Assembly: GCF_036971445.1 (NCBI RefSeq)
Contig: NC_091470.1
Coordinates: forward strand, 51,770,001 to 51,834,000
Origin: Narcine bancroftii
Taxonomy: Eukaryota
Direction: 5' to 3'
DNA: 64,000 nt
Below are positions 1-13,500 of the stretch, piece after piece (within the stretch, counting starts at the first letter, position 1; each line of letters opens with the position of its first letter). The notes beneath the pieces are model-generated. The model did no database searches, was not told where the DNA came from, and was given only the letters and a program-made list of their open reading frames with translations. The position numbers and the translations under genes are program-made.

Positions 1-734
1 GAGTGGAATTGAAACGCCATCCTTCTTGCTTTTCCATTATTGCAATACTTAATATCAGTGTTCTGATAGAAGCCTCGCTAGGATTTCTGTTTTTATCTCT
101 CTGCTTTTTAACTTGGGAGACATTAAAAAATAAATCAATCCTTGTATGTGAATTGTGTACCCTTGAGTAAAAGGAGAAGTCTCTCTCTGTGGGATTTAAT
201 TGCCTCCATATGGCGATAAGATTTAGATCCTTCATATACAAAATTGTGGTTTTTGCCACTTTCACCCTCATTACTATTCTTGCAGATTCTTCTAGTATTG
301 GGTCCAATCAAAAATTTTTAAAAATCTCCTCCAACCAATATATTTTGTCTTCCCTCTGCTATTTTTAAGATGTCCTTCATAAAGGCTTCATTGTCATTTG
401 GGGCATAAATATTCATAAATGTCCATGCTTCTCCACAAATTATTCAATCGATGCATCTTCTATTAATACTGGTATACTTTTATTAATTAGAATCACTACC
501 ATTCTTGCCTTTGAACCAAAGGAAGACAATATTATTTGTCCAACCCATCTCCTTTGTAATTTATCATATTCCAATTTAGTTAGATGCATTTCCTGTAGAA
601 AGATCATATCTGATTTTAATTTCTTTAGTAATACCAAGACAATTTTCCTTTTCACTGGCATGTTTAACCCATTAATATTAAGACTAATAAACTTTAATGT
701 TGTTTCCATACCATTTTTCAAACAATAATTGTAT

Positions 735-3700
735 AATAGACAATAGACAATAGGAGCTGGAGTAGGCCCTTTGGCCCGTCGAGCCAGCACCGCCATTTTA
801 CAGATCATGGCTGATCACTACTATCAGTACCCCTTTCCAGCCTTATCCCCATAACCCTTAACTCCTTTGTCAGCATAATCAGCAAATCTGCCTCTACCAC
901 CCTCTGTGGCAGAGCATTCCACAGATTCACACTTCTCTGGGTAAAAAAATGTTTTCTCATCTCTGTCCTAAAGGGCCTACCCTGTATTCTTAAACTATGC
1001 CCTCTAGTCCTCATCTCCCCCATCATTGGGAACAAGTAATCCGACTTCACCCTGTCTATCCCCCTGATAATTTTGTATACCTCAATCATGTCCCCCCTCA
1101 TCCTTCTAAACTCCATCGGATACAAGTCCAGTTTTTCTAGCCTTTCAGCATATGTCAACCCCGCCATCCCTGGAACTAACTTTGTAAATCTGCGCTGCAC
1201 ACGCTCTATAGCTAGTATGTCCTTCCTTAAAATTGGAGACCAAAACTGGATGCAATACTGCAGGTGGGGTCTCACCATGGCCCTGTACAACTGCAAAAGG
1301 GCGTCTCTGTTCCTATACTCCAATCCCCTCTTTATGAAAGCCAACATGCCATTTGCCTTCTTCACATCTTTCTGAACCTGCATGTTAGCCTTCAGTGACA
1401 GGTGAACAAGTACACCCAGATCCATTTGCACCTCCCCACTCCCTAGCTTGTCTCCATTTAAATAATATTCAGCTTTCCTATTATTGCCCCCAAAATGGAT
1501 AACCTCACATTTGCTCACATTGAACGTCATCTTCCATTCAGCAGCCCACTCCCCCAACCTGTCCAAGTCCCTCTGCATTTTCCTGACATCCTCCTCACAC
1601 CCCACACCGCCACCCAGTTTAGTGTCATCTGCAAATTTGCTCATGTTATTAATAATCCCCTCATCCAAATCATTTACATAAATTACAAACAACTGAGGAC
1701 CCAATACCGATCCCTGCGGCACTCCTCTCGTCACATCCTGCCATCCTGAAAAAGACCCGCTTACTCCAACCCTTTGTTTCCTATTTCTTAACCAATTTCC
1801 TATCCATGTCAGCACCTTACCTCCAATACCATGCTCCCTGATCTTGCCCACTAGTCTCCCGTGCGGTACCTTATCAAAGGCCTTCTGGAATTCCAAATAC
1901 ACCACATCCACTGGCTCTCCCAAGTCCATCCTCTTTGTCACATCCTTGAAAAATTCCAGAAGGTTAGTCAAGCATGACTTACCCTTAAGGAATCCACGTT
2001 GACTAGCCCTTATACTATTATTTCTGCCTAAGTGTTCTGCTATTACTCCTTTTATGATAGATTCCAATATCTTCCCCACCACTGACGTCAGGCTGACCAG
2101 TCTATAATTTCCCGTTTTCTCCCTCCCTCCCTTCTTAAAAATCGGCACCACATCAGCCACTCTCCAATCCTCTGGGACCTCCCCCGAATCTATGGAACTT
2201 TGGAAAATGTCGACCAGTGCCTCCACAATTTCCATAGCAACTTCTTTAAGCACCCTGGGATGCAGCCCATCAGGCCCTGGGGATTTATCAGCCCTCAGTC
2301 CCAACAATTTACTCACAACCTCCTGCTTCTGGATCCGGATATCCATTAGATCCCCTACTTCCCCAGGAAAGTTCCCCAAGTCTCTTAATACCACATGACC
2401 ACTACCCCCTAACTGACCATAACCTATATCCTTCTTGGTGAAGACAGTTGCAAAGTATTTGTTAAATTCCTCAGCCATCTCCTTGTTTCTGGTAATAATT
2501 CCACTCTTTTCCATTCTTAATGGACCAATTTTGGACCGAACCAATTTCTTCCTCTTCACATATTTAAAAAAGCTTTTGCTATCCTCCATTATATTATTTG
2601 CTAATTTCCTCTCGTACTTCATTTTCCCCTCTCTTATGACTTTCTTAGTTACCCTCTGATGCTCTTTGAAGGTTTCCCAATCCTCTAACTTCCCACTCTG
2701 CTTCGCTATCTTATACTTACTCCCTTTGGATTTGATATTGCACTTGATTTCATTAGTTAGCTACGGCTGCCATTTGCATCTCCTAGAGCCTTTCCTCCAC
2801 TTTGGAATAAATTTGTCCTGAATCCTGTGAAAAATGTCAAAAAATACCTGCCATTTTTCCCCAGTTGACCTCCCAGCTAGTGTATCTTTCCATTTTATTT
2901 TGGCTAGCTCCTCCCTCACAGCTGCATAATCCCCTTTATTTAACTGCAGTACAGATGCTTCCGACTTCCTTTCTTTTTCCCTTTCTAATTGCAGCTCAAA
3001 AGTAACCATACCATGGTCACTATTCCCTAATGGCTCCCCTACATCGAGGTCACTTATTAACTCTGCGTCGCTGCACAGCACCAAGTCCAGAATCAACTTC
3101 CCCCTGGTAGGTTCCTCCACTAGCTGCTCCAAGAAAGCATCTCGTAGACATTCAATAAACTCACTCTCTTGTGCTCCTGCCCCCGTCTGATTATCCCAGT
3201 CCACCTTCATGTTGAAGTCCCCCATAACTATTGCTACCACTTTGAAATGCCACTCTTAATTCCTGATTTATACTTCTACCGATATCTGAGCTACTTTTCG
3301 GAGGCCTGTAAATGACCCCCATTATGGTCCTCATGCCTTTGCAATTTCTTAATTCTATCCAAACAGACTCTACCCCACCTGTTTCAATGTCTTTCCTTTC
3401 AAACGCCTGAATTTCATTTCTTACCAACAGAGCTACCCCACCTCCTCTTCCTAACTTTCTGTCTTTTCTATAGGACGTGTACCCGGGAACATTTATTTCC
3501 CAATCCTGCCCTTCCCGCAGCCATGTCTCCGTTACTCCGACAATGTCATAACCTCCCATTGCCATTTGCGCCTCAAGCTCATCCATTTTATTCCTTCTTT
3601 GGCTTGGCTTCGCGGACGAAGATTTATGGAGGGGGTAAAAGTCCACGTCACTCAGTGCATTCATACACAATACCTTGATACCGTATCTCCTTTCTCCCTC

Positions 3701-4265
3701 CACCTTTGTTCTCGATGCACTTGCCCCTACTCTCCTATCACTTATAGTTCCCTTTTTCCTTATTGTTTCACCATCTAATGGAACCACCCCTATATTCACT
3801 CTCTTATCTGCTTCCCTATCAGTCCTGTTCCTTTCCCCCTGCCAAATTAGTTTAAATCAAATCTGACAGCATTATTAAACCTAACTGCCAGTATATTGGC
3901 CCCCGTTGCATTCAGGTGTAAACCATCCCTCCTGTAGAGGTCTTGTCTTCCCCAGAAGAGATCCCAATGGTCAATGAACCTGAATCCCTGCACTCTGCAC
4001 CATTCCTTCAGCCACACATTTAACCTCCCGATTTTATTATTTTTGCCCCCACCCACACTCAGCACAGGTAGCAGCCCCGAGATTACAATTCTGGAGGTCC
4101 TGCTTCTTAACCTCCTTCCGAGCTCACTGTAGTCCCTCTTCAGGATCTCCTCCTTCATCTTATCCACGTCATTTGTACCCACGTGTATCAGGACTTCTGG
4201 CCGTTCACCTTCCCCCCGACGTCTCACACCCTGGCTCCTGGGAGGCAACACACCATACGGGAAAC
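735..4265 (-). mobile_element. CR1 LINE, 5'-truncated: ORF1 esterase fragment, ORF2 endonuclease + reverse transcriptase, short microsatellite 3' tail
   Basis: 805..2622 RT (KSPGPDGLHPRVLKE, GVPQGSVLGP, SKFADDTK); 2761..3799 endonuclease (GVTETW, GDFN, SDH); 3847..4260 SGNH-esterase motifs (IHVGTND, DGLHLN); 3' end GACAATA repeats at about 740-753. Confidence 0.92.
3594..3650 (-). mobile_element. About 56-bp 3'-terminal fragment of the RTE family inserted in the CR1 endonuclease
   Basis: Matches the 3' ends of the RTE copies at 10521-10578 and 44320-44377 (TGACGTGGAC..CCCCCTCCATAAATCTTCGTCCGCGAAGCCAAGCCAAAGAAG). Confidence 0.9.
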
Positions 4266-4712
4266 CTTTCCAATTTTTAAAATAATAGGATAACAATTCC
4301 TTTTTAAGAAACATACGCATTTCCCCTTTAAGAAACACATACACATACCTAGCTCTGATGGTGACGTAAACAATAGAATTCGGAAGTCCGTGAAAAGAGC
4401 CCGCGGAATCTTCCAAAGTAGAAGAACCCCTCTCTTTAACACCACCTTTAAAAACTGCTCCTCTCCTGGCACAATTTTTCCACCTGAGATCATGGTCCCC
4501 ACCCTGCCACTTTTCTCACCACTTTCCTTTCTTTCCAACACTCTCCTTGTATATTATAATGATTTTTATTTTAGCAGCAAAAACAAGACGGCTCAGTACT
4601 ACAAAAAAGAAAAAAAGATACATCCTCAGTTAGTACAGTTCCAACATGGTCTTTTCAATCTTCTTATCTGGCAGCTCAAATCTCTTTACAACTTTTTTAA
4701 AAATTCTTCTGT

Positions 4713-5271
4713 TGTAAGTGAATAAACAGGTTTGTTAGGTCTCAAAGACAAGTTTTGATGTAGGGAAGGATTTTATTTACAGAAGATAAGTGATGCAGAG
4801 CACACACACACACTGAACTGGTACATACAATGATCCAGGAAAAATCACTATGATGCCCCACCCCCCCTTGGCTCCGTGCTACAGGGGACACTAATTAAAC
4901 GCTCCCAACCCTTTTAACAGTGCACATCTTACCAACGGTTTCTCCAGCACCTTTCCACATTTCTAGGCCTGGAGTGAAGCAGGGTTGTCCCAAGCTTGCA
5001 AAGAAAGAGAATAAAGAGCACATGGCACCTTTATAGTGCTAGAGGGACATCGTTTACTGGGGGCCAATAGCTCAGTGGCAGGAGGGTTAATCTAATTAAA
5101 ATAGCCAATGGCCCAAGGTCAAGTACAGGCAGGTTGGAGAGTGCAGTCCAAGTAATTTACATGTGGCCAACAACAAGGTGTGCACTAATGGGTGGGGCAG
5201 AACCAAACCTTGATTGGCAGCTGGTGTGTCCTCTGACTAGGTAGGGGCCAGTACTGTCACATGACAGCCAC
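4713..5271. mobile_element. Probable solo LTR inserted in the L1 ORF1 3' end
   Basis: TG...CA termini, interrupts otherwise continuous L1 ORF1-like sequence, no coding capacity; TSD not clearly preserved. Confidence 0.5.
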
Positions 5272-6089
5272 AACCCTTCCCAATACATCTTCCACTTCTT
5301 TATTCTTGAAAATTCATCATTTACCTTCTGGGACATCAACCCTCAGCATCGCTGGGTAAATCATTGAATATTTTAAGATTTTGGATCACAATTGTCTCTT
5401 TACCTCATCAAATTCTTTGACCAAAGCAGGGCTAAAGTCCTGAAAAAAACATTATTTTCATTTTCCACCACTTATGAGCCATTGCTATTTTTTGAATATT
5501 TGTATGCTGCTCCCAAGGGCGCATCCCACTCCTGGTAACTTAACAGTCTTACCAGGACTGGTCATGGTCGTTGTTCACCAGTTCTTATGGCTCCAAGGAT
5601 CTGGTGAGCCCTTTCAATTTGCAGCTTTGTGGTTAACTTTTGTCCCAGCATTTGTGAGATCCATGATTCAAAGAAACTCATGGGGTCTTTCCCCTCAGTT
5701 TCTTCTTTCAGTCCAATGATTCTTACATTGTTGAACCTGCTGAAATTTTCCATTATCATTTCTTTTCTGTCTGTGTCCTTTTTTTCTAGAGCCTTTAGCC
5801 TGTCTTTTGTTTTATCCAGCTCAGCCTCCACTTGAGTCATTTGTTCCATTAAATCTTCCACGATTTCTTTAATTTTCAATATCATTTCCCATATGTCTCT
5901 TATCACTGATTCAATGCTCGTAAAGCGAGTGCACAAAGTTTCCATTTTATTCAGGATGTTGGCTATATCTTGGGCCGACACCCTACCCCCCCCCCCCCTC
6001 CCCAGCAGGTTCAGCCGGTCCCAAGGCCCCTCGTGTTTTGCTCCTCATCAGGCTTTCACTTGATGTTCCTGGATGAGCTGTTGCCATAT

Positions 6090-6316
6090 AACCATATATA
6101 GCACAGAACAGGCCAGTTTGGCCCTACTAGTCCATGCCAGAACAAATCCCCACCCTCCTAGTCCCACTGACCAACACCTGGTCCATACCCCTCCAATTCT
6201 ATATAACCATATGGTTACATCATGCAATTGATCACTAGATCACCTGGTCCATACCCCTCCAATCCTATATAACCATATAACCATATGGTTACATCATGCA
6301 ATTGACCACTAGATCT
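6090..6316. repeat. CR1/SINE 3'-end fragment with an imperfect tandem duplication of about 66-75 bp
   Basis: CACCTGGTCCATACCCCTCCAAT..ATGGTTACATCATGCAATTGA..CACTAGATC occurs at about 6175-6240 and 6241-6316. Confidence 0.6.
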
Positions 6317-7499
6317 CAGGGAATATTGAAACACAGGTACAAAGATAGAAAAGCTTGGCATCTCATTACTAGGAAATTTAGAAAGTGAACTACAATTATA
6401 GCTTGCTCTGATCTATATAATAATTCATAGTCCATGCTGCAAGAATGCTGGGTATACTACAGACACTGGACACTGCATTGTTATTGAAACATTATTGCAC
6501 ACCTCCATCACAGATCTTTACTCCTCTGCTCTTCTCGTGGTTTTTTTTTAAAAACTACTGTGCCTCAAATATTTGCTAGTTCATATAAAAGGGTCCTCAG
6601 TTTAAAATATTGCTTACTTCTTCAGTTTTTGTTTTTGGTTGCCTCAGTCGTTTGGTACTAGTTTTGTCCATTTTTTATGATGAAATTCTGATTTTTGAGC
6701 TTTCAGACCATCTTTTTAATACTTTTTATGGAGAGCTCTTTCAAAACACACCTACTCAGATCCTCTGCATGGCCATGCGCCATTCCCCCTGCCCCCCGTT
6801 CTGTGAGTGGGCCATTGTTAATGAACTAGGTGATGTGAGGACATGATGGTGATGGAGCGGGTGCATCATGTATGGTTAAAAAGATCTATGGGGACAAGAA
6901 CTGAAAGGGAGAGGATAGTAATGATGGGATAGTAGACTTGAAAGATATATGGCAAATAGGGAGAAAAGGAAATGGGCTCTGCAACATGAAGGGATGTTGA
7001 GATAAGAGCCAGCACACCAGGTAGCAGGAACTCCGAATGGGTTGAACACAAGTGGACCTGAAAGCAAATGAGAAGCACAAGCGGTCCTGAAAGTAATCTG
7101 GCAGCATGCTGCTCATGAAGACTGTGGAGGGTGAATCAGGACAGGACAGAACAAAGGGTTGTGATAACTAAGCCCAGGAATGCATACCAGTAACAGGCCA
7201 CCAGGTGAGCGGGGAGTTCGTTAATGAACTGGGCGATGTGAGCACATGGCAGAATGATGAGCTGCTGCATGGGTATGGTTAAACAGATGAAAGCAATAGA
7301 AGGAAACTGGAAGGAGGTGTTCAAGCCATCGAATAGTTGTAACATTGGACCTGGAATAAATCAGGAAAATAAAGGCAGGGATTAAGAAGTTTAAAAAAAA
7401 GACAAGGGAAATTTCAACCTACATATAAACCAGATAATTTTTATTTCTTGTGAGAAGCTAAAAGATGAATTTGTGGAGTATAAACCAGAAACTTTTTAG

Positions 7500-8430
7500 C
7501 ATCATTTTCGATGCAGTTTGACATACATTTGGACCAGTGCATTCATAGGAATGATTGAAAGGAATATGGGCAGAATGCAGGAAGCAGCCAACCTTGGTCT
7601 CTTGGACAAGTTGGGCTGTAAGTTTTATGAACTATGAAACTCTTGAACCTCCGAGTGCTATCCTAACCAGAAACTACACCAGGACCACCACAACAAAAAG
7701 AAAGAAAATGAGTGGAGGAAAGTTTAGGGCAGACATCAGATGCAAGGTTTTTTTTAAACAGAGTGGAAGGCGCTTGAATGCATTCATTGGGCATGTGATG
7801 GAGGCTGTAAAAGAGGAACATTTTAAAGACACTTAGATAGGCACATGGCTGTAAGAAATTTTTTTAAAAAGAGGGTTATGTGTGTGTGGTGGAGAAGAGT
7901 TAAATTGTGGAGTAGCTTTCTGTGGATTGGCACAACATTGTGGACTCATGGGCCTGCACTGTGCTGCTGTGTTGATGAATCTAATGATGAACATTACTAC
8001 GCAGAACAGGCCCTTTGGCCCACGATGTTATGCCAATCTACATATATGTACCCAGAAAAGAAACTAAACCCTCTCTACTTCATAACCCTCTATTTTTCTT
8101 TCATCCATATGCCTGCCAAAGAATCTTTTAAATACCCTTAATGTTGCAGCCTCCACCACCACCCCTGGCAAGCCCCCTCCACTCTGTGTGTGTAAAAAAA
8201 AACAAGCAAACTGACACCTTATGTCTCCCCTGAACTTTTACCCCTTCACTTTGGACAGATTTCCTCTATTGCTTGCTACACCGCCCTTGAAAATAAGATG
8301 CTGGCTGTCTCCATTATCAATGCCTCTCAAAATCTTGTAGACCTCTTGACCTCTCATCCTTCCTTGCTCCAAAGAGAAAAGCCCTAGCTCTGTTAATCTT
8401 GCCTCATAAGACATATTTTCTAATCCAGGC
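7500..8430. mobile_element. Degraded CR1 3' fragments in both orientations
   Basis: ORF 8238..8432 (MPGLENMSYEARLTELGLFSLE) and 7555..7836 (GGKFRADIR..FFKQ) resemble the CR1 ORF2 C-terminus; CR1-type 3'UTR motifs. Confidence 0.7.
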
Positions 8431-8600
8431 AAATCTAGAATTTATGAAATTGTAATTTATAGTAATTTTTGCACCTTGTTCTGCACAATACTGTACCCAC
8501 AAAACAACAAATTTCACAGTGCACGCTCATGACTACAAATCTGATTCTGATGAAGAGAGATTTGGCAGCAGGGTTAGTATTGCGGTCGGTGCAACAATTT

Positions 8601-8971
8601 GCCAGTGCAGGCTTGTGGGCCAGTGCAGGCTTGTGGGCCAGTGCAGGCTTGTGGGCCAGTGCAGGCTTGTGGGCCAGTGCAGGCTTGTGGGCCAGTGCAG
8701 GCTTGTGGGCCAGTGCAGGCTTGTGGGCCAGTGCAGGCTTGTGGGCCAGTGCAGGCTTGTGGGCCAGTGCAGGCTTGTGGGCCAGTGCAGGCTTGTGGGC
8801 CAGTGCAGGCTTGTGGGCCAGTGCAGGCTTGTGGGCCAGTGCAGGCTTGTGGGCCAGTGCAGGCTTGTGGGCCAGTGCAGGCTTGTGGGCCAGTGCAGGC
8901 TTGTGGGCCAGTGCAGGCTTGTGGGCCAGTGCAGGCTTGTGGGCCAGTGCAGGCTTGTGGGCCAGTGCAGG
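8601..8971. repeat. 18-bp minisatellite (GCCAGTGCAGGCTTGTGG) x20 plus a partial unit
   Basis: Perfect tandem array 8601-8960 read directly; it explains the repetitive ORFs 8469, 8519 and 8599. Confidence 0.97.
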
Positions 8972-9145
8972 GCCAGTAGAGGCTGTTACTATGCTGTATC
9001 TCTAAATTTGATCAATAGAACCTTTTTAAATCAATGAATACTTGAAAATTACATCACTTTATCTTTACATATACCTCTAATAATTACTTCTGCAAAATGG
9101 CCTAATCCATCAAAATGTATTTGCTATTATTGTATACAAACTGAT

Positions 9146-10578
9146 CTTGTGTCTTGGTGTGAGCTTGCAGGCGCCTCAGATTGAAGAGACTGCCATCCGT
9201 GCGGTACCGGATGTAAACAGCATCTTCATTGTTGGGGTCTTTCATGGCTTGGTTCAGCATCATGCTGAAGAAGATTGAAAAGAGGGTTGGTGCGAGATCA
9301 CAGCCTTGCTTCACGCCATTGTTAATGGAGAAGGGTTCAGAGAGCTCATTGCTGTATCTGACCCGACCTTGTTGGTTTTCGTGCAGTTGGATAATCATGT
9401 TGAGGAACTTTGGGGGACATCCGATGCGCTCTAGTATTTGCCAAAGCCCTTTCCTGCTCACAGTGTCGAAGGCTTTGGTGGGGTCAACAAAGGTGATGTA
9501 GAGTCCTTTGTTTTGTTCTCTGCACTTTTCTTGGAGCTGTCTGAGGGCAAAGACCATGTCAGTGGTTCCTCTGTTTGCGCGAAAGCCGCACTGTGATTCT
9601 GGGAGAATATTCTCGGCGACACTAGGTATTATTCTGTTTAGTAGAATCCTAGCGAAGATTTTGCCTGCAATGGAGAGCAACGTGATTCCCCTGTAGTTTG
9701 AGCAGTCTGATTTCTCGCCTTTGTTTTTGTACAGGGTGATGATGGTGGCATCACGAAGATCCTGAGGCAGTTTACCTTGGTCCCAACAAAGCTTGAAAAA
9801 CTCATGCAGTTTGGCATGCAGAGTTTTGCCACCAGCCTTCCAGACTTCTGGGGGGATTCCATCCATACCTGCTGCTTTGCCACTTTTCAGTTGTTCGATT
9901 GCCTTATATGTCTCATCCAGGGTGGGAACCTCATCCAGCTCTAGCCTGTCATACCCACACTCCTGTTCGGCTCCGAATCATGGGTCCTCTACCGGCATCA
10001 CCTACGGCTCCTAGAACGCTTCCACCAGCGTTGTCTCCGCTCCATCCTCAACATCCATTGGAGCGCTTACACCCCTAACGTCGAAGTACTCGAGATGGCA
10101 GAGGTCGACAGCATCGAGTCCACGCTGCTGAATATCCAGCTGCGCTGGATGGGTCACGTCTCCAGAATGGAGGACCATCGCCTTCCCAAGATCGTGTTAT
10201 ATGGCGAGCTCTCCACTGGCCACCGTGACAGAGGTGCACCAAAGAAAAGGTACAAGGACTGCCTAAAGAAATCTCTTGGTGCCTGCCACATTGACCACCG
10301 CCAGTGGGCTGATAACGCCTCAAACCGTGCATCTTGGCGCCTCACAGTTTGGCGGGCAGCAACCTCCTTTGAAGAAGACCGCAGAGCCCACCTCACTGAC
10401 AAAAGGCAAAGGAGGAAAAACCCAACACCCAACCCCAACCAACCACTTTTCCCTTGCAACCGCTGCAATCGTGTCTGCCTGTCCCGCATCGGACTTGTCA
10501 GCCACAAACGAGCCTGCAGCTGACGTGGACTTTTTACCCCCTCCATAAATCTTCGTCCGCGAAGCCAAGCCAAAGAAG
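9146..10578 (+). mobile_element. RTE-clade LINE with 5' inversion (9146-9947 antisense, 9948-10578 sense), 12-bp TSD ATACAAACTGAT
   Basis: RT ORF 9102..9866 on -, C-terminal ORF 10095..10523 on +, GAA-type tail; TSD at 9134-9145 and 10579-10590. Confidence 0.92.
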
Positions 10579-13500
10579 ATACAAACTGATAACCTCATGC
10601 ACATCCAAGTGGCAATTAATTTTGATTTTCAAAGAGTTTGTCCTCAATGACTGAAGTTCCGTCAGCTCAGATTAACCTTATTAAATATAATGATTATCCT
10701 CTTGTTGCATGGCATAAATTTGCTTATCTAAGAAATATAGGGGCTGGTGTCTTTCATTTTTAAACAGACTGGTTCATGCCATTAGAAATCACAGCTTATG
10801 TACTTAATCAGAACCATTTTGTTTTATACATTTACACATCCTTTTTATTTAGATTTGCCAATCACCACTTCAACATATGTTTTTTGAATGCAATAAAATA
10901 TTGATATCCAATATTTTGGTCTTTCACACAGAATTCTGTTTTCAAGCCATAGTGATATTCAATGGTCATTATATTATCAGATATTCTAAATGGTTCTGAG
11001 AAGCCTTTTATTCCTTTCTGATTATCTACTAGTATCTTATTCTACACCTTGTAGCTCTTTTAAAGCTGGTGAACAGCACATGAAGTGTTGGAGAAAATCA
11101 GCTGGTCATGGATCATCCATAGAAAGTAAAAGGCACACGATGATTTGGATAATGTAATTAATACTACCACACCTCACCAATGAAGCCAACTGAATATATC
11201 CATGTAGGATTAATGTCTTCCCTGCCTGCAGCCCAATGATGTCGTTGCCACTGGCTGTATAGAAATCATGAAGAGGGATTTTCTAGTATATAATGGGGTG
11301 GGGGGGAGGAGGGAACATCAGAATTCTTTATGTAAATTTGTGATATTGTTTGCCTCACTGGCTATTAAGTAACAGCTAACATTGTAATACCATCCCCTTT
11401 TTTTCACCTCCCTATGTTACAAGCTCAGCACTATGTATCAAATTGTCCAAAGGGGTTGTCTCCCTTTCTCTCTGAGTAATAAATCACACATCCCCATTTG
11501 GGTAGGTATTATGAGCCACTCTTCCTGCAGATATCCAAGAATGATAAACCCATAAATTTGTGTTTGCTTTAAGAGGGTTTTATGATATGTTATGCACTGA
11601 CTTTCTTTCTTTCTTTTTATTTTTTTTTATTGAGTTTAATCCTATATACATGTTCTACTAATGGAACAAAGGAATATCATAACATATATCATATAATTTA
11701 CATAAATGCACTTTACAACAAATTTCACCATAATTGTTAATTTGACTTAATTTGTTAAAATAATTAAGAATATAAACTACTTGAGTTACATTATACCAAC
11801 ATTCGTCATACCTTGGTGTAATACCTAAGTATTTGTTATAATTCATTCCCATCATAATTAAACCATATATGATCAACTTATCTAAAAAAAACTAATACTA
11901 ATCTAACCCCTCCCTCTAATCAAGGTTATGTAATAGGACCAAAAGAAATATGAAAATGGATCAAGTAGCAACCCTCAGAGGGTAGACGGAGCACCTCTAG
12001 AGCATCCAAATGACCTAAAACTGCCAATTGTGATAGCATTCTATGAATGGGCCCAACATTTTTTCAAACTGAAACTTTCTACCTTTAATATTTTATCTAA
12101 TTTTCTCTAAACTTGGACATGTCATTACATCACGTAACCATTGTGCATGAGTTGGTGAGAGTTCATCTTTTCATTTCTTTAAAACTCCTCATCTGGCTAT
12201 CAACATGCTAAAAGCAATAACTTTCTCTTAAGATGCCAACAAAAGTTTATCTGGTTCGTGAGAAAAGCCAAACAAGGCAATTAAAAGGCACAGGTCTATT
12301 TGAATCTTAAAAATCATTGATAAAGATCGAAAGATAATCTCCCAAAACATATGAAACAATGAGGCTTCAAAAAATGCACTTTTAATACAGTGAGTCAACA
12401 TCTGAATAAAAACGAGATCATTTCAGTTTAGACATATGTATTCTGTGTACCACCTTAAATTGTAATAAATAGGGCCTTGCACAAAATGAAGAATCATTGA
12501 TTAAATTAAGAGGGGAATATCAATCCTCATCAGAGAATATTATTGAGATCACACTCCCAATCATTTTTAATTCAAGCCATTGAGGCTGATTTTAAATCAT
12601 TATAAATATGTGATATCAATCCACTGTGAACAAACTTTAAGTCAAGAAATACATCAAGAATATTTGAATCTGCAATTTGAGGAAAATCATGTAGTTTAGA
12701 CTGAATAAAATGCCTAACTTGCAAATTTCTTTTAAAAAAAAGTCTATTAGAGAGATTAAATTTAACTGATAACTTTGCCGCTTTTGAACAATTATCTTAA
12801 ATAAATAAATCTTTATAACTTTTAATGCCTAATCTGTACCATTCCTTAAATCCTCCATCTAAAATGGTGGGTGGGAAAAGATGGTTATCTATAATCGGAC
12901 TAGCTAGAGAAAAACTGTTATAACCAAAAGATGTCCACATTCTCAACCTATTTCTCATTATCAGATTATGTGTCAATTTAGAAAATGAAAAGGGTAACAC
13001 TAAACCTAAAATTGCCAACATTTCCATTTCTAACCAAAGTGGGCGGGTTACTAATTAATCAAATTTTAATAAATAAAAGTAAACTGTGTATATTAATTGC
13101 TCAATAATAGAATCAAAAATATGGAAGTGATAATCTCCCATTCCTTATAGTTTTCTGAAGATGGGCTTTATTTAAATGTGGTTGTTTTTCCTGCTATATA
13201 TAAGAAGAAATAACCAAATCCAATGAATTGAAGAAGGATTTTGGGATAAAAACTGGTAAGGCTTGAAAAATGTACAAATATTTAGGTAGAATGTTCATTT
13301 TAATCAAATTAATTTGTACAATCAATGTAATCAAAAGTGGTGACCATCCCAATAGTAAAACTTTAATTTGATTAAATAATACTTCAAAATTTTCTTTCAT
13401 AAACTTTTTAGAACTTTTTGTGATTGTAATTCATAAATATTGGAATTGGTCTTTCACTATTTTAAATGTAAAATTAGGATACATAGAAAAAGATCCCCTT

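Larger units (their letters stand above)
1..6090 (-). mobile_element. Degraded L1-clade LINE (ORF1 about 5280-6090, start of ORF2 endonuclease about 1-710), split by a CR1 and a solo LTR
   Basis: ORF 440..808 has the APE endonuclease start (LKFISLNINGLN..KRK..LQEMHL); ORF 5562..5981 has L1 ORF1 motifs (NFSRFNNVRIIGLKE..IERAH); same strand and collinear order. Confidence 0.75.

Noticed and set aside
805-2622. 605-aa RT ORF as a domesticated gene or active element
   Set aside because: Ordinary CR1 ORF2 fragment; the upstream part is broken by stops, frameshifts and an RTE insert.
6780-7350. Possible Penelope RT/GIY-YIG relic
   Set aside because: Too degenerate to assign by eye; needs a repeat-library search.
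8469-9037. Repetitive ORFs (ASAGLW)n, (QCRLVG)n, (PVQACG)n
   Set aside because: Translations of a perfect 18-bp minisatellite with no synonymous variation.
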